Counted from the stretch's first letter, positions 41,280 through 52,520 are shown. The stretch is 53,289 bases of DNA from Nitrospira japonica (GCA_020725385.1 DYFC01000021.1:1-53289); one strand, 5' to 3'. Program-made: numbers and translations. Notes: generated by a model not told the origin, from the letters alone.

Positions 41280-42970
41280 TTTGAAGTTCCTCTAACAAGT
41301 TTTCGTTTCTCTTTCAACATAAGGTTGTGGAGGTAAATATCATCGGGTTTTTTTGACAACTCATTAATTCTTCGTTCCTCAAATTTTCGCTGCTCTATTC
41401 TGCGAAGGCAATCCCTTATATTGTCATCTATAAGTTGAATGTCAAATCCCGGATTTATTAAAAGTTCCGAGATTAGAACTTTTTCAACGTCATTTGCTTC
41501 AGAGGTCAACTGTTCTATATTTAATCCACTCCCGTATTTTTTAATCTTTAAGAATAAAGATTTTATTATTTCGTCCTTGAGATCCTCAATTTCTAATTCT
41601 GATAGGATATAAGGAATCCTATCCGGTTCAGATAATATAGCACTTAAGAGTAATTCTTCTTCTGCATAAGTAGTTCTTTGTCTGTAATTTGAAGTCCCAG
41701 TATTATTTTGAGTAAATTTTTTATTTCTTAATTTTTCGGTTTCATTTCTGAGCAGATTTTCATGTATACCGGACCTGTCAGCAAGTTCGCTAAGCAGTTC
41801 ATCGGCTAATAAATAATCTTTTATATTTGCGATCATCGGCATGATTTCCTTCACTTTTTCCGCTCTCGTTTTTTTCGATGTATTAAAAAGAAATTCAATT
41901 GCTGAAAATGCGTTTTCTATTTTTTTTATAAAATTCTGTGCACCATATTTTCTTAAAAAACTATCAGGGTCATCTTCAGCTGGTAAAGTAATTATTTTTG
42001 CCTTGAAATCATTTTCAAAAATAATATTTAGCGATCTTCTTGCAGCAGAAATTCCGGCTTCATCACCATCAAATATAAGAATAACATTTCTTGTAAGTAT
42101 CTTAAGTTTCTGTAAATGTCCGGAAGTCAAAGCAGTTCCTAATGGAGCTACAACATTATTTATTCCATATTGGTGACAGATAATTGTATCCATATATCCT
42201 TCAACTATAATTGCATAGTCATTTTTTCTTATATAATCTTTGGCTATATTGATGCCGAAAAGATTTTCACTTTTCTTGAATAAAGGTGTCTCGGGAGAAT
42301 TTAGATATTTTGGCATTGTATTATCCATAACCCTGCCACCAAAAGCCACTATATCATTTTTCATATTTATAATGGGAAAAATAATTCTATTTCTGAAAAT
42401 ATCCCTGTATCCATGATTATCTAAAGCAACGAGCCCTGCTTCAAGCATTTGATTTTCGGTAACATTCTGCTTTTTAAGGAACACAAAAAGACTGTTTCTT
42501 GAATCAGGTGCATATCCTATGTTAAATCTTAAGAGTGAATCTTTTGTTATGCCCCTTTCTGTAATATATTTTAATGCGTTTTCTGAACCAAAAAGATTTT
42601 TAGTGAAAAAATGTGAGGCAATTTCATTTATCTTAAAAATTTGTTGTCTTCTTTTATATGAATGGTCTTTTGAAAAATCTTTTTCAATAAACCTTATTCT
42701 GGCTTTTTTTGCGAGGTATTGTAGTGCTTCATAAAAAGATAGATTTTCTTGCTTCATTGTGAAAGATACTATGTCCCCTCCTGAACCACAACCAAAACAA
42801 TGGAAAATTTGTTTAGAAGGGCTGACTATAAATGATGGTGTTTTTTCGGAATGGAAAGGACAAAGACCTTTATAATTCTGTCCGGCTTTTTTTAAGTTAA
42901 CAAAGTCGGATATGAATTCTACAATATCTATCTTTGATTTGATTTCCTCAAGAAGTCTTTCAGCCTTCAT
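41276..42970 (-). CDS. dnaG: DNA primase
   Basis: [11 protein letters not shown]...[28 protein letters not shown]. Confidence 0.97.
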   Translation of the reverse strand: MKAERLLEEIKSKIDIVEFISDFVNLKKAGQNYKGLCPFHSEKTPSFIVSPSKQIFHCFGCGSGGDIVSFTMKQENLSFYEALQYLAKKARIRFIEKDFSKDHSYKRRQQIFKINEIASHFFTKNLFGSENALKYITERGITKDSLLRFNIGYAPDSRNSLFVFLKKQNVTENQMLEAGLVALDNHGYRDIFRNRIIFPIINMKNDIVAFGGRVMDNTMPKYLNSPETPLFKKSENLFGINIAKDYIRKNDYAIIVEGYMDTIICHQYGINNVVAPLGTALTSGHLQKLKILTRNVILIFDGDEAGISAARRSLNIIFENDFKAKIITLPAEDDPDSFLRKYGAQNFIKKIENAFSAIEFLFNTSKKTRAEKVKEIMPMIANIKDYLLADELLSELADRSGIHENLLRNETEKLRNKKFTQNNTGTSNYRQRTTYAEEELLLSAILSEPDRIPYILSELEIEDLKDEIIKSLFLKIKKYGSGLNIEQLTSEANDVEKVLISELLINPGFDIQLIDDNIRDCLRRIEQRKFEERRINELSKKPDDIYLHNLMLKEKRKLVRGTSK

Positions 42971-42986
42971 TCAGCCTGCTTTTGCA

Positions 42987-43943
42987 TTAGTGACTGAATC
43001 TTTTAAATCCGGAGCACTCTATAATATTGAAAATATTTTCACCTCCGGTAATTCTATCCAAAAGTAAATTTAATCCAAGTGTATCACTTGAAATGTGTCC
43101 GGCAATAACTACATTCAAATGGGATTTCTCCGCTTCCTTAAGATGTTCTTCACTCATATGCATTCCAACAATTGTGCTAACACCGCTGTTTGTTAAGCTT
43201 TGAAAAATATCTTTTGCACCTTCTGTTCCACCTGTCATATCAACAAATATCTTCCCGGCTTTTCTTTTTTTATCACCAAGAATTATTTTTGGACCCGAAT
43301 TATTTAATTTTGCTATACGATATTCCGGAATTGTCATAAGTATATCAATGATATCGGAGAGAAAAACCGGCTTTTGGCTCTCAAAAAGCTTATGTAAAAA
43401 ATTTGCAACCATATTGTCAGCAGGTGTATGCATACAAATAAAAGGAATGCCCAGCAATCTCGCTGTATCAACTGCTCTTGAATGGTTCGCTGGCATGATT
43501 TTTCTTTCTACTTCTTTGATTCTCTTGTCCATTAATCCTTCGGCAGTATTAATTGGAACTCCGAATATATTCAAAATATCGGACTGTAAATACATTACAG
43601 AATAAAGGTTTGCAAAAGCCCTGCCCGATGGATGGTGTGAAAAGAGAAGGTCAATATTTTTTCCTTTTGTCCTAAGATTATCTGCGAGTAATATTTCGCC
43701 AACATCGATGTCAATGCCAACGAGAATGCTTTTTATTTCTTCATCACCATTTCCAAACAAAATACGTGAATCAGAATAAGGATTCTCAAGGGATTGTAAA
43801 TCAAAGAACTCTTTATCTTCAGGCTTCAGATCATCGAATTCCTTTTTTTTTCTACTTAATTCCTCAAGAACATTTTCTTTTCCTCTAAGGTCATTTTCAA
43901 TACCTGCTTGAATACCTTTTAAATAAATTTCGTTTAGTTTCAT
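42987..43943 (-). CDS. NIF3-like metal-binding protein
   Basis: SHHP, HTPADN, DMTGGTEG, IAGHISSD. Confidence 0.75.
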   Translation of the reverse strand: MKLNEIYLKGIQAGIENDLRGKENVLEELSRKKKEFDDLKPEDKEFFDLQSLENPYSDSRILFGNGDEEIKSILVGIDIDVGEILLADNLRTKGKNIDLLFSHHPSGRAFANLYSVMYLQSDILNIFGVPINTAEGLMDKRIKEVERKIMPANHSRAVDTARLLGIPFICMHTPADNMVANFLHKLFESQKPVFLSDIIDILMTIPEYRIAKLNNSGPKIILGDKKRKAGKIFVDMTGGTEGAKDIFQSLTNSGVSTIVGMHMSEEHLKEAEKSHLNVVIAGHISSDTLGLNLLLDRITGGENIFNIIECSGFKRFSH

Positions 43944-44401
43944 AAAGAAGAGATGCCTTTTTGTAAAAGTTCTTTTACTTTTTCATTAACGATTTTTCCA
44001 TCAGCAGCACCCTTTAAAGCTGGCATGACAAGACGCATAACTTTGCCCATATCTTTTAATCCGGATGCTCCGGAATCCAAAATAGCTTTAGAAATAATAT
44101 TTTCTATCTCAGCTATGGAGAGTTGTTGTGGCAGATATGACTGTAGCATGGACAATTCATTCCTTTCCTTTTCAGCAAGATCATTTCTACCACCTTTTTC
44201 AAATAAATCAATAGATTCTCTTCTCTGTTTAGCAAGTGTTGAAAAAACAGAAATTATCTCATCATCAGATAATTCATGACCGGTTTCAATCTGTTTATTT
44301 TTAATGGCAGCCTTTGCCATTCTTAAAACAGAAACCTTCAAATTGTCTGATGCCTTCATAGCTGTTTTTAGATCTTCTTCAAGCTTTTTAAGAAGGGACA
44401 T
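43940..44401 (-). CDS. GatB/YqeY domain protein
   Basis: KQRRESIDLF, YLPQQLS, DMGKVM, GAADGK. Confidence 0.92.
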   Translation of the reverse strand: MSLLKKLEEDLKTAMKASDNLKVSVLRMAKAAIKNKQIETGHELSDDEIISVFSTLAKQRRESIDLFEKGGRNDLAEKERNELSMLQSYLPQQLSIAEIENIISKAILDSGASGLKDMGKVMRLVMPALKGAADGKIVNEKVKELLQKGISSL

Positions 44402-44598
44402 TATCTGTACGCCATTTTTACTTTTTTAATTGCTTTTTTGCGAGCAGCCAATGCCTTTTTTTTCCGTTTTACGCTTGGTTTTTCGTAATGCTCTCTTTTC
44501 TTTATTTCGGAAAGAATTCCTTCTTTTTCGCACTGTTTTTTAAATTTTTTCAGTGCATTTTCGAAAGATTCGCTTTCACGAACCCTTATATAGGGCAT
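44401..44598 (-). CDS. rpsU: 30S ribosomal protein S21
   Basis: [14 protein letters not shown]...[12 protein letters not shown]; RBS GGAGG. Confidence 0.97.
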   Translation of the reverse strand: MPYIRVRESESFENALKKFKKQCEKEGILSEIKKREHYEKPSVKRKKKALAARKKAIKKVKMAYR

Positions 44599-44635
44599 CC
44601 ATAGACCCCTCCTCCCTTTTCTAAAATAGAGATTA

Positions 44636-44665
44636 ATTTTAACAATTTTCTATTTCCCCTGTCAA
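44636..44665 (-). promoter_or_regulatory. promoter of the rpsU-yqeY-nif3-dnaG-rpoD operon
   Basis: Minus strand TTGACA-18 bp-TAAAAT with an extended -10 TG. Confidence 0.6.
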
Positions 44666-44729
44666 TGTAAGTTCTTGCAAAAATTAATATATTATGATAA
44701 ATTTTTAAGCATTCAAAAATAATAAAAGC

Positions 44730-44901
44730 TTAACCCGAAAAATACAGACATTGCAGTAAAACCTTTATGAATACTGGAGATGCTGATATAAACTTGTCCT
44801 GACGATAGGTTAGGATTCAGCATTACACTATTTATACATAAAGCCTCAAAAATTGTCATTCTGAACTTGATTCAGAATCTCCAGTTTTATTTTCGGGTTA
44901 A
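44730..44901. mobile_element. MITE-like element containing two inverted REP-like units
   Basis: Terminal inverted repeats TTAACCCGAAAA/TTTTCGGGTTAA; internal CTGGAGATGCTGA...TTCAGCATTAC and GTCATTCTGAACTTGATTCAGAATCTCCAG. Confidence 0.6.
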
Positions 44902-44954
44902 TTTAAGAAATTTTTTTGAAATTCATATTCTTATAAAAATTATACGGGGGTATT

Positions 44955-45944
44955 TTGAATAGACAACTGATTTCTCACTACCCTGAATTTATGGGAAAAA
45001 GTCCAAAAATTCAGAAATTCATAAGAGATTTAAAAAAATTTGCTGCTAATGACAATAATATCCTCATAAAAGGAGAACCGGGAACCGGTAGACAAGTCAC
45101 GGCAAGAACATTACATAATTTAAGTCAAAGAAAAGACGGACCATTTATCATTGTCGACCTTTCATCTATACCACATGATGAACAGGATTTTATAATTTTT
45201 AAAAGAGATAAAAAAACACAAAAATCCGAAACTTTCCAGAGTATGATTGAAAAAGCAATAAACGGTTCAATTTTTTTCCTCGAGATTGCCGAAATGTGTC
45301 CTGATGCTCAACTTGAACTTATTAGATTAATGAAAGATTCCAAAATTGAAAATACCGAAAAAAAATTAAATGTAAGAATAATATGTTCTACAGGAAAAGA
45401 TTTAATAGAAGAAGTAGAAAAAGGAAGTTTTAATCAGGATCTTTATGAAATTTTAAACTCTACAGTATTAAGAATACCACCTTTAAGGGAAAGAAAAGAG
45501 GATATTATTATTATCGGAAAATTTTTTCTGGATGAGGCTTGTGAAAAATTTGAAACAGGTACAAAAGAATTCTCAAAGGATGCAAGAGATTTCATTTCAA
45601 AATATGACTGGCCTGGAAATATTCGTGAACTCGAGACAGCAATCAAGAGGGCGGTAATTTTATCGAATTCCCCGGTAATTAGCAAAAAAGAGCTTATGTT
45701 AGATAGCATCAATTCTTTTTCAATAAAGGAATTTCTTGAGGAAAAACTCAAAAGGTACTTGATGGAAATAACAAAACTTGAAAACTGCAATTTATATGAG
45801 ACTGTAATGAAAGAAGTGGAAAAATCATTGATAACCATAGTATTAAAAGAGACAGAAGGAAACCAACTTAAGACTGCAAAAACGCTCGGGATTAATAGAA
45901 ATACTCTACGCTCAAAAATAAAGGAGTATAAGATAAAAATATAG
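44955..45944 (+). CDS. degenerate NtrC-type AAA+ domain with Fis HTH (transcriptional regulator)
   Basis: GEPGTGR, IPPLRERKEDI, WPGNIRELE and GNQLKTAKTLGINRNTL are present; GAFTGA is absent. Confidence 0.8.
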   Translation: MNRQLISHYPEFMGKSPKIQKFIRDLKKFAANDNNILIKGEPGTGRQVTARTLHNLSQRKDGPFIIVDLSSIPHDEQDFIIFKRDKKTQKSETFQSMIEKAINGSIFFLEIAEMCPDAQLELIRLMKDSKIENTEKKLNVRIICSTGKDLIEEVEKGSFNQDLYEILNSTVLRIPPLRERKEDIIIIGKFFLDEACEKFETGTKEFSKDARDFISKYDWPGNIRELETAIKRAVILSNSPVISKKELMLDSINSFSIKEFLEEKLKRYLMEITKLENCNLYETVMKEVEKSLITIVLKETEGNQLKTAKTLGINRNTLRSKIKEYKIKI

Positions 45945-45961
45945 AAAATCTATTCTTGAAT

Positions 45962-46423
45962 TTATAAGACCTCAAAAATGAACTCAATTTCAAGTGGAGA
46001 GTTAAGGGGAAGGACATTTACTCCAATTGCTGCTCTTGCATGTTTGCCTTTTTCACCAAAAATTTCATATAAGAGATCCGATGCGGCATTTAATACTTTT
46101 GGTTGTTCTGTAAAGTTATCAGAAGACGCCACAAAACCGGTCATTTTTATACACTTTTTAACATTATTAAGATTGCCTATATGTGATTTTAGGATTGAAA
46201 GAGCATTAATCACAGCTGTTTTTGCATCTTCCATCGCATCTTCTACGTTTACATCAGCACCAACTTTACCCTGTCTTAATAATTTACCCTTTTTAAAAGG
46301 TAACACCCCGCTTAGAAAAACAAGATTGCCCGTTCTTGTTAAAGGAATATATGAACCCAGTGGATTTGGTGCATCTGGAAGTTCGATTCCCAGGGCTTTT
46401 AATTTTTCTTCTGGAGAAATCAT
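45962..46423 (-). CDS. RidA/YjgF family protein
   Basis: [34 protein letters not shown]. Confidence 0.9.
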   Translation of the reverse strand: MISPEEKLKALGIELPDAPNPLGSYIPLTRTGNLVFLSGVLPFKKGKLLRQGKVGADVNVEDAMEDAKTAVINALSILKSHIGNLNNVKKCIKMTGFVASSDNFTEQPKVLNAASDLLYEIFGEKGKHARAAIGVNVLPLNSPLEIEFIFEVL

Positions 46424-47685
46424 AGTCCAATCTCTTCGGGTATCCCGATTCTTCCAAGAACCGCAGAGGCAGCAGCTACGGCAGGGTTTGATAGATATAC
46501 TTCGCTCTCAGGGTGCCCCATTCTCCCGACAAAATTTCTATTTGTTGTAGCAATTGCACGCTCACCTTTTGCAAGAATTCCCATATATCCTCCAAGACAC
46601 GGGCCACATGTTGGAGTAGAAACAACAGCTTCTGATTCAATAAAAATATCAAGCAGACCTTTTTTCATTGCTTTTTGATATATTTTCTGGGTTGCAGGAA
46701 TCACAATCATTCTTACATTAGGATTTACTTTTTTTCCTTTAATGACCATAGCTGCTTCAAGCAGATCTTCATACCTACCATTGGTACATGAACCTATAAC
46801 TACCTGATCAATTTTTATATTCGATAGTTCTGCCGCTGGTTTTGTATTTGATGGAAGATGAGGGCAGGCAACTGTCAGAGGTATTTTTGTACAATTATAT
46901 TCACGTATTTCTGAATACAGAGCTTTTTTGTCAGACTTATAATAAATAAATTCTCTTTTTGCACGATTTTTAACATAAGCCCTTGTAATTTTATCAGGGA
47001 CAATAATACCATTTTTTGCACCTGCTTCTATCGCCATATTGCACATGGTTAATCTTCCATGCATTGGCAAATTGTTTATAGTTTCACCTTCAAATTCCAT
47101 TGCTTTATAAAGTGCACCATCAACACCGATATCCCCTATTGTATGAAGAATTAAATCTTTCCCTCCAACCCATTTATTGGGTTTTCCATAATAAATAAAT
47201 TTCATTGATTCAGGAACCTTAAACCAGCACTCGCCTGTTGCCATTGCAGCAGCAACATCTGTAGAACCAACTCCTGTAGAAAAAGCACCGAGTGCTCCAT
47301 ATGTGCATGTATGGCTGTCAGCACCAATAATACAATCTCCGGGTAATACAAGTCCTTCTTCAGGAAGTAAAGCATGTTCTATTCCCATTCTTCCTACTTC
47401 AAAGTACAAACTCAGGTCATATTCTCTTGAGAATTCTCTAAGCAATTTGCATTGTTCAGCAGCTCTTATATCTTTCTGCGGTGCAAAATGATCCGGGATA
47501 AGAGCGATTCTATTTTTATCGAAAACTTCTTTGGCTCCTATTTTTTTGAATTCAGAAATTGCTATAGGAGCAGTTATATCGTTTGCGAGTATAAGATCAA
47601 CTTTTGCGTTTATCAATTCTCCAGGGATAACTTCTTTTTTGCCAGAATGTGTAGCAAGTATTTTTTCAGTAATAGTCATTGCCAT
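46420..47685 (-). CDS. leuC: 3-isopropylmalate dehydratase large subunit (LeuC/HacA type)
   Basis: [34 protein letters not shown]. Confidence 0.9.
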   Translation of the reverse strand: MAMTITEKILATHSGKKEVIPGELINAKVDLILANDITAPIAISEFKKIGAKEVFDKNRIALIPDHFAPQKDIRAAEQCKLLREFSREYDLSLYFEVGRMGIEHALLPEEGLVLPGDCIIGADSHTCTYGALGAFSTGVGSTDVAAAMATGECWFKVPESMKFIYYGKPNKWVGGKDLILHTIGDIGVDGALYKAMEFEGETINNLPMHGRLTMCNMAIEAGAKNGIIVPDKITRAYVKNRAKREFIYYKSDKKALYSEIREYNCTKIPLTVACPHLPSNTKPAAELSNIKIDQVVIGSCTNGRYEDLLEAAMVIKGKKVNPNVRMIVIPATQKIYQKAMKKGLLDIFIESEAVVSTPTCGPCLGGYMGILAKGERAIATTNRNFVGRMGHPESEVYLSNPAVAAASAVLGRIGIPEEIGL

Positions 47686-47835
47686 ATAAAGCCTCCAATA
47701 TTATTTTGTTTGAATATTATAACTCTGAAAAAATTTTTTGTGTAATACAGTCTGAAAAATAAGTGTATTAAAATGTTTTTAAATTAAAAATATTTTATGT
47801 TATTATAATTAACACACTTGTAAGGAATTTATAAT

Positions 47836-49293
47836 ATGACTAAAAAAATAAACAAAATATTAATCGCCAACAGAGGAGTCACTGCAGTCAGGATTATGCA
47901 TACCTGCAGGGACAGGAAAATACCTACTACTGCTGTTTACAGTACACCTGATCGTCTTGCTCATCATGTTTTCATGGCTGATTTTGCAGTACATATTGGC
48001 GAAGCACCACCTGTTGAATCGTATCTTAATATGGAAAAAATGATTGCTGCTGCAATTCAGAGCAAGTCGGATGCTATCCATCCTGGTTGGGGTTTTCTTG
48101 CCGAAAATCATAAATTTGCACGTATGGTTATGGATGCAGGTTTGATCTGGATTGGACCCAGACCCGAAGTTATTGAAGCTCTTGGTGATAAAATTGAAGC
48201 TAAAAAGCTTGCCCAGAAAGCAAATGTACCAACAATACCGGGAATAATGGATGTAAATAGTATTGAGCAAATTAAAAAATGGATGAAAGAAGAAAAAATA
48301 GCTTTTCCTATAATGATCAAAGCAGTGGCAGGCGGTGGCGGCAAGGGTATGGTAAAGGTTGAGAGTAAAAATGACTTGCAGCATGCTTTTGCACAGGCTC
48401 GTTCTGAAGCTTTAAAATCATTTGGAGATGACAGGGTACTTGTAGAGAAATATATAGAACGTGGAAGGCATATAGAAGTTCAGGTTGTTGCTGATGAACA
48501 TGGAAATGTTGTCCATCTTTTTGAAAGAGAATGTACAATTCAAAGGAGAAACCAAAAAATAATTGAAGAAGCTCCCTCACCTTCAATTAATGAAGATCTT
48601 CGTAAAGAAATATGCTTTACAGCAACCCGTTTAATGAGAGAAATTGGCTATAATTCAGCAGGAACAGTTGAATTCATATTTGACTCAAATACAAATAAAT
48701 TTTATTTTCTTGAAGTCAATACAAGACTTCAGGTTGAGCATGGTATAACTGAATTAATTACAGGTGTTGACATAGTAGGCATAATGATAGATGTTGCAAT
48801 GGGTAAAAAACTTCCTTTTAAACAGTCGGATATTCATCCAAACAGGTGGGCTCTGGAAGTAAGATTGAATGCAGAAGATCCGAAAAATTTTAGCCCTTCG
48901 TTTGGAACCATAACAAGACTTCAGATACCTCAAGGACCGGGTGTAAGAATTGCTTCTGGTGTTTATGAAGGAGCTGACATACCTCCATATTATGATTCCT
49001 TGTTTATGTTACTTATTTCAGCAGGAGCTGACAGGCTTGACGCGATACGTGTTATGGATAGAGCACTAAGTAGAAATTTACGTGTAGAGGGCGTTAAAAC
49101 ACTTGCTCCATTACTTTTAAGCATAATAAGGCATCCATCTTTTATTGCCGGAGAATTTTCTACAAGATTTATTGAAGAACATATGGATGAGCTTATTTCT
49201 ATGTTCAAAGAAAAAGATAGTCAGGATGAAGTATTAAAAATAGCAAGATATGTAGCTGAAATATCAGCACTGGGACCGCAACCATGGATGTAA
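47836..49293 (+). CDS. biotin carboxylase subunit (pyruvate-carboxylase A-like)
   Basis: ILIANRG, HPGWGFLAEN, GGGGKGM, RECTIQRRNQK, EVNTRLQVEH. Confidence 0.92.
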   Translation: MTKKINKILIANRGVTAVRIMHTCRDRKIPTTAVYSTPDRLAHHVFMADFAVHIGEAPPVESYLNMEKMIAAAIQSKSDAIHPGWGFLAENHKFARMVMDAGLIWIGPRPEVIEALGDKIEAKKLAQKANVPTIPGIMDVNSIEQIKKWMKEEKIAFPIMIKAVAGGGGKGMVKVESKNDLQHAFAQARSEALKSFGDDRVLVEKYIERGRHIEVQVVADEHGNVVHLFERECTIQRRNQKIIEEAPSPSINEDLRKEICFTATRLMREIGYNSAGTVEFIFDSNTNKFYFLEVNTRLQVEHGITELITGVDIVGIMIDVAMGKKLPFKQSDIHPNRWALEVRLNAEDPKNFSPSFGTITRLQIPQGPGVRIASGVYEGADIPPYYDSLFMLLISAGADRLDAIRVMDRALSRNLRVEGVKTLAPLLLSIIRHPSFIAGEFSTRFIEEHMDELISMFKEKDSQDEVLKIARYVAEISALGPQPWM

Positions 49294-51320
49294 ATTCAAA
49301 AGTAAAAGATTATATTTTTGTTAAACCAGGAATGTCTCCAAAAGATATTGTAAAAGCAGTTCGCAATCTTCAAGGTGTTTGTTTTACCTCTGTTGGAATG
49401 CGTGATGCGGGTCAATCTGATTTTAAAAACCGCCATCGTATTTACGACCTTGCAACTCTTGCTCCTTTTTACAACAGGATGGGACTCTTTAGCGCAGAGT
49501 GTCATGGTGGAGCACGCTGGCATGTTGGTGTAATGAATAGGCGCGAAAGCCCGTTTGAAGAGATAGAAATTCTCAGACAGCAGATGCCAAATGTTCTTCT
49601 TCAAACATTAATCAGGGAGACTAATTTATTTGGTTATAGACCCTATCCTAAAAATGTTATTGAGTATGTTGTATCAAGGGTTGACATAGATGTATGGAGA
49701 TGTTTTTCCTTTATAAATGACGTAAGAAATATGCGCGCAGTTGCTGAAGTTGTTATGAAGAGAGGAAAACTTTTTGAGCCTGCTATATCATTTACCCATG
49801 CTGACTGGACTACTAATGAATATTATCTTAGTGTTGTACGAGATGTAATAGACCTTTGCGGTGGTACTGAAGAAATAATTTTCTGCGTTAAGGACATGGC
49901 AGGAGTTGGAAGCATCAAAAGAATAAGTAGTTTGATTGATGCTATAAAACAAAAATATCCTGATCTTGTAATTCAATATCATAGACATATAACCGATGGT
50001 CTTGCAATGCCTGCACTTTATGCTGCTGCTCAGGCTGGAGCAAAAATATTTGATGTTGAAGAAGATTCATTGGTTAGATTCTATGGACATTCGCCTATAC
50101 TTGCTGTTCAGGCTTATTTTGAAGAAATGGGAATACCTGTAAATCTTGACAGAAAAGAAGCGGAATCAGCAGTACAAAAAGTTCGCGAATGGATAAATTA
50201 TTATGATTGGGCGGAATCGCCTTTTAAAGGATTTGATCATACTGTAACATACCATAAAATGCCGGGCGGTGCTTTCCCGAGTTCTTTTGAACAGGCAGAA
50301 AAAGGCGGATTTCTTCATTACATGCCTGCTATTTTAAAGGTCATGTCTCTCTACAACAAAATTATCCACTATTTTGATGTAACTCCTGGTTCACAGATTA
50401 CATGGGTTACCTGTAGCGGAATAGTTAATAAATATGCAAAAGCAAAAGGAGACGCAGGCGTAAGGCATTTAATAGAACTTCTTACAAAATTTGTTGATGA
50501 GAAAAATCTTAATATTGATTTGATGAATGAAAATGAAAAAGAAGAACTTCTTACACTTTTTAGAAATGCGCCGGGAGATTTTCGGAATCTTATTCTGGGA
50601 CACTATGGCAAACTACCTATGGGGTGGCCTCCTGACTGGGTTTATCAAAGCACATTTGGAGAAGAATGGGAAACAAAGATAAAAGAAAGAATGGAACTTT
50701 CTCCACTTGAGTCAATTCCCGATGATGATCTTGATAAGTTAAGACAGGAATTATCCGAAAGTATTGGAAGAGAACCTACAGAAGAAGAATTTATTCTTTA
50801 TCTGATGCATCCTAAAGATGCGATTTCAATGATTGAATTCAGGGAAAAATATGGTGAAGCACCATTGGTTTTGCCTACAGATGTCTGGAGACATGGATTG
50901 AAAAATTCCGGTGATAAAGTGGATTTCGAGTTATGGGGTAAGCCATATTCCATAGAACTCGTTTCCATAGGTTCAGAGCATGAAGGTATAGTCCATGTTG
51001 TAATGAGGGTAAACAATAAAACAAGAGTATATACAGTAGAAACACCACGCGCCAAAAAAGTTGAGATAAGAATGGCAAAGAGTGCAAATGAAATTGGAGC
51101 TCCGATAAACGGAAATATCTGGAGAATAGGCAATCCTGAAAGAGGCTCGCTAAAGGTCGGAGATATAGTCCACAAAGGTGAAGAAATTGCTAACCTTGAA
51201 GCAATGAAAATGGAAAATGTAATAGTTGCTCCATTTGACGCACAGATAGTTGAAATTTGTGTAAAACTAAATAGCTTTGTTGTTGAAAACCAATTACTCT
51301 TTGTCCTCGAAAAACAGTAA
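49284..51320 (+). CDS. 2-oxoacid carboxyltransferase plus biotin carrier (pyruvate-carboxylase B-like, divergent)
   Basis: RDAGQS, KDMAG, HRH metal ligands, MPGG, VTPGSQ, EAMKME biotin motif. Confidence 0.85.
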   Translation: MDVNSKVKDYIFVKPGMSPKDIVKAVRNLQGVCFTSVGMRDAGQSDFKNRHRIYDLATLAPFYNRMGLFSAECHGGARWHVGVMNRRESPFEEIEILRQQMPNVLLQTLIRETNLFGYRPYPKNVIEYVVSRVDIDVWRCFSFINDVRNMRAVAEVVMKRGKLFEPAISFTHADWTTNEYYLSVVRDVIDLCGGTEEIIFCVKDMAGVGSIKRISSLIDAIKQKYPDLVIQYHRHITDGLAMPALYAAAQAGAKIFDVEEDSLVRFYGHSPILAVQAYFEEMGIPVNLDRKEAESAVQKVREWINYYDWAESPFKGFDHTVTYHKMPGGAFPSSFEQAEKGGFLHYMPAILKVMSLYNKIIHYFDVTPGSQITWVTCSGIVNKYAKAKGDAGVRHLIELLTKFVDEKNLNIDLMNENEKEELLTLFRNAPGDFRNLILGHYGKLPMGWPPDWVYQSTFGEEWETKIKERMELSPLESIPDDDLDKLRQELSESIGREPTEEEFILYLMHPKDAISMIEFREKYGEAPLVLPTDVWRHGLKNSGDKVDFELWGKPYSIELVSIGSEHEGIVHVVMRVNNKTRVYTVETPRAKKVEIRMAKSANEIGAPINGNIWRIGNPERGSLKVGDIVHKGEEIANLEAMKMENVIVAPFDAQIVEICVKLNSFVVENQLLFVLEKQ

Positions 51321-51442
51321 TTCCTTAAATTTTGTAGAAATAAAATATCTATTAGATTAAATTAACCCAGAAAATACACACATTTTATTCAGTAACTTTT
51401 TGTGAGAAGAACATTTATTTATTTGTATATAATGGTTTTATA

Positions 51443-52015
51443 CTAAAGTTGGGATTTTAATAATTTTCTTATTTCTTTAAGTATTTCATCAGGTTTCTTA
51501 TTAAAATCTATAATTGAAAGAACCTTACAATGTTCCCTTTTTTTATCTATAATTATAATTAATGGTGTTCGTGTTTCATGAAATGCTTTATGTAATTTAA
51601 ATGAAGGATCCGGTATAAGAGGGATAGGTATTTTATAATAATTTTTAAAATATGAAATCTCCTTTAAGTTGTTTCCAGCACCAATGCCTATCATCTTTAC
51701 TTTTTTACAAAGAACAGGATCAGCTTGAATCAATTTATAAAGCGCTACGAATTCATTGGCACGGCTCTGGCAAACCGGGCAATAAATGCTGAAAACCTCT
51801 ATTAATACAAAATCAGCTTTTATATTTTTTAGAGAACATCTGCTATTGTCAGTGAATCCAAGATAATCAAGTTCATCTTTAATAAACTGGGTATCGAATT
51901 TGATTTCAGGGATTGAGTCACCTGCTTTTAATATTTTTTCATTCCCTGCGATACAAGGCGTATATACACAAATAAAAAGAAGATATATAAAAATTATTAA
52001 AAATTTACGATTCAC
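51443..52015 (-). CDS. exported TlpA/peroxiredoxin-like thioredoxin-fold protein
   Basis: Signal or anchor helix, EVFSIYCPVCQ (CxxC), IGIGAGN, RTP. GTG start at 52015 is inferred. Confidence 0.75.
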   Translation of the reverse strand: MNRKFLIIFIYLLFICVYTPCIAGNEKILKAGDSIPEIKFDTQFIKDELDYLGFTDNSRCSLKNIKADFVLIEVFSIYCPVCQSRANEFVALYKLIQADPVLCKKVKMIGIGAGNNLKEISYFKNYYKIPIPLIPDPSFKLHKAFHETRTPLIIIIDKKREHCKVLSIIDFNKKPDEILKEIRKLLKSQL

Positions 52016-52511
52016 TTTTTTGGCCCGAGGAACTGATATTAAAGAACCTATGGCTGAACCGCCTTCTTTCAAGATAAATTAATAAAAGACATAAAAGAGC
52101 ACAGAATAAATTAAAAAAAACATGAATATGGTTTATACCTGTAAATAAGATTTCATTACCAAAACAACCACAATCAAAATTAACATTGCGTTTTATATTG
52201 ATTTCTATTGCGATTATAAACGAAATAAGAAGACAAAATTGTATAAAAGCACATGATCTCACAAATAAACCTGTGCAGAGGAAAATCCCGCTTATAAATT
52301 CAATCCAAGGAAGGATTAAAGCAAATAAATTAACTATTTTAAAATCAATTAATTCATATCTTGAAATATTGATTCTAAAATCATCAATATTGATTATTTT
52401 ATCGAAACTTGCATATATAAAAAGAAACCCGAGAAAACATCTCAATAAAAGTATTATTTTCCCCCTATGAAATTTTATTTTTCGACAATAATCAAACATT
52501 TCAAACCACAT
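52005..52511 (-). CDS. MauE/DoxX family redox-associated membrane protein
   Basis: FIYASFDKI, LPWIE, DCGCFG. Confidence 0.85.
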   Translation of the reverse strand: MWFEMFDYCRKIKFHRGKIILLLRCFLGFLFIYASFDKIINIDDFRINISRYELIDFKIVNLFALILPWIEFISGIFLCTGLFVRSCAFIQFCLLISFIIAIEINIKRNVNFDCGCFGNEILFTGINHIHVFFNLFCALLCLLLIYLERRRFSHRFFNISSSGQKSES

Positions 52512-52520
52512 TAAAAATAT

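Noticed and set aside
45978-46550. 190-aa plus-strand ORF and the many other short antisense ORFs in the track
   Set aside because: They are shadows of well-supported genes on the opposite strand (here ridA/leuC) and have no recognisable motifs.
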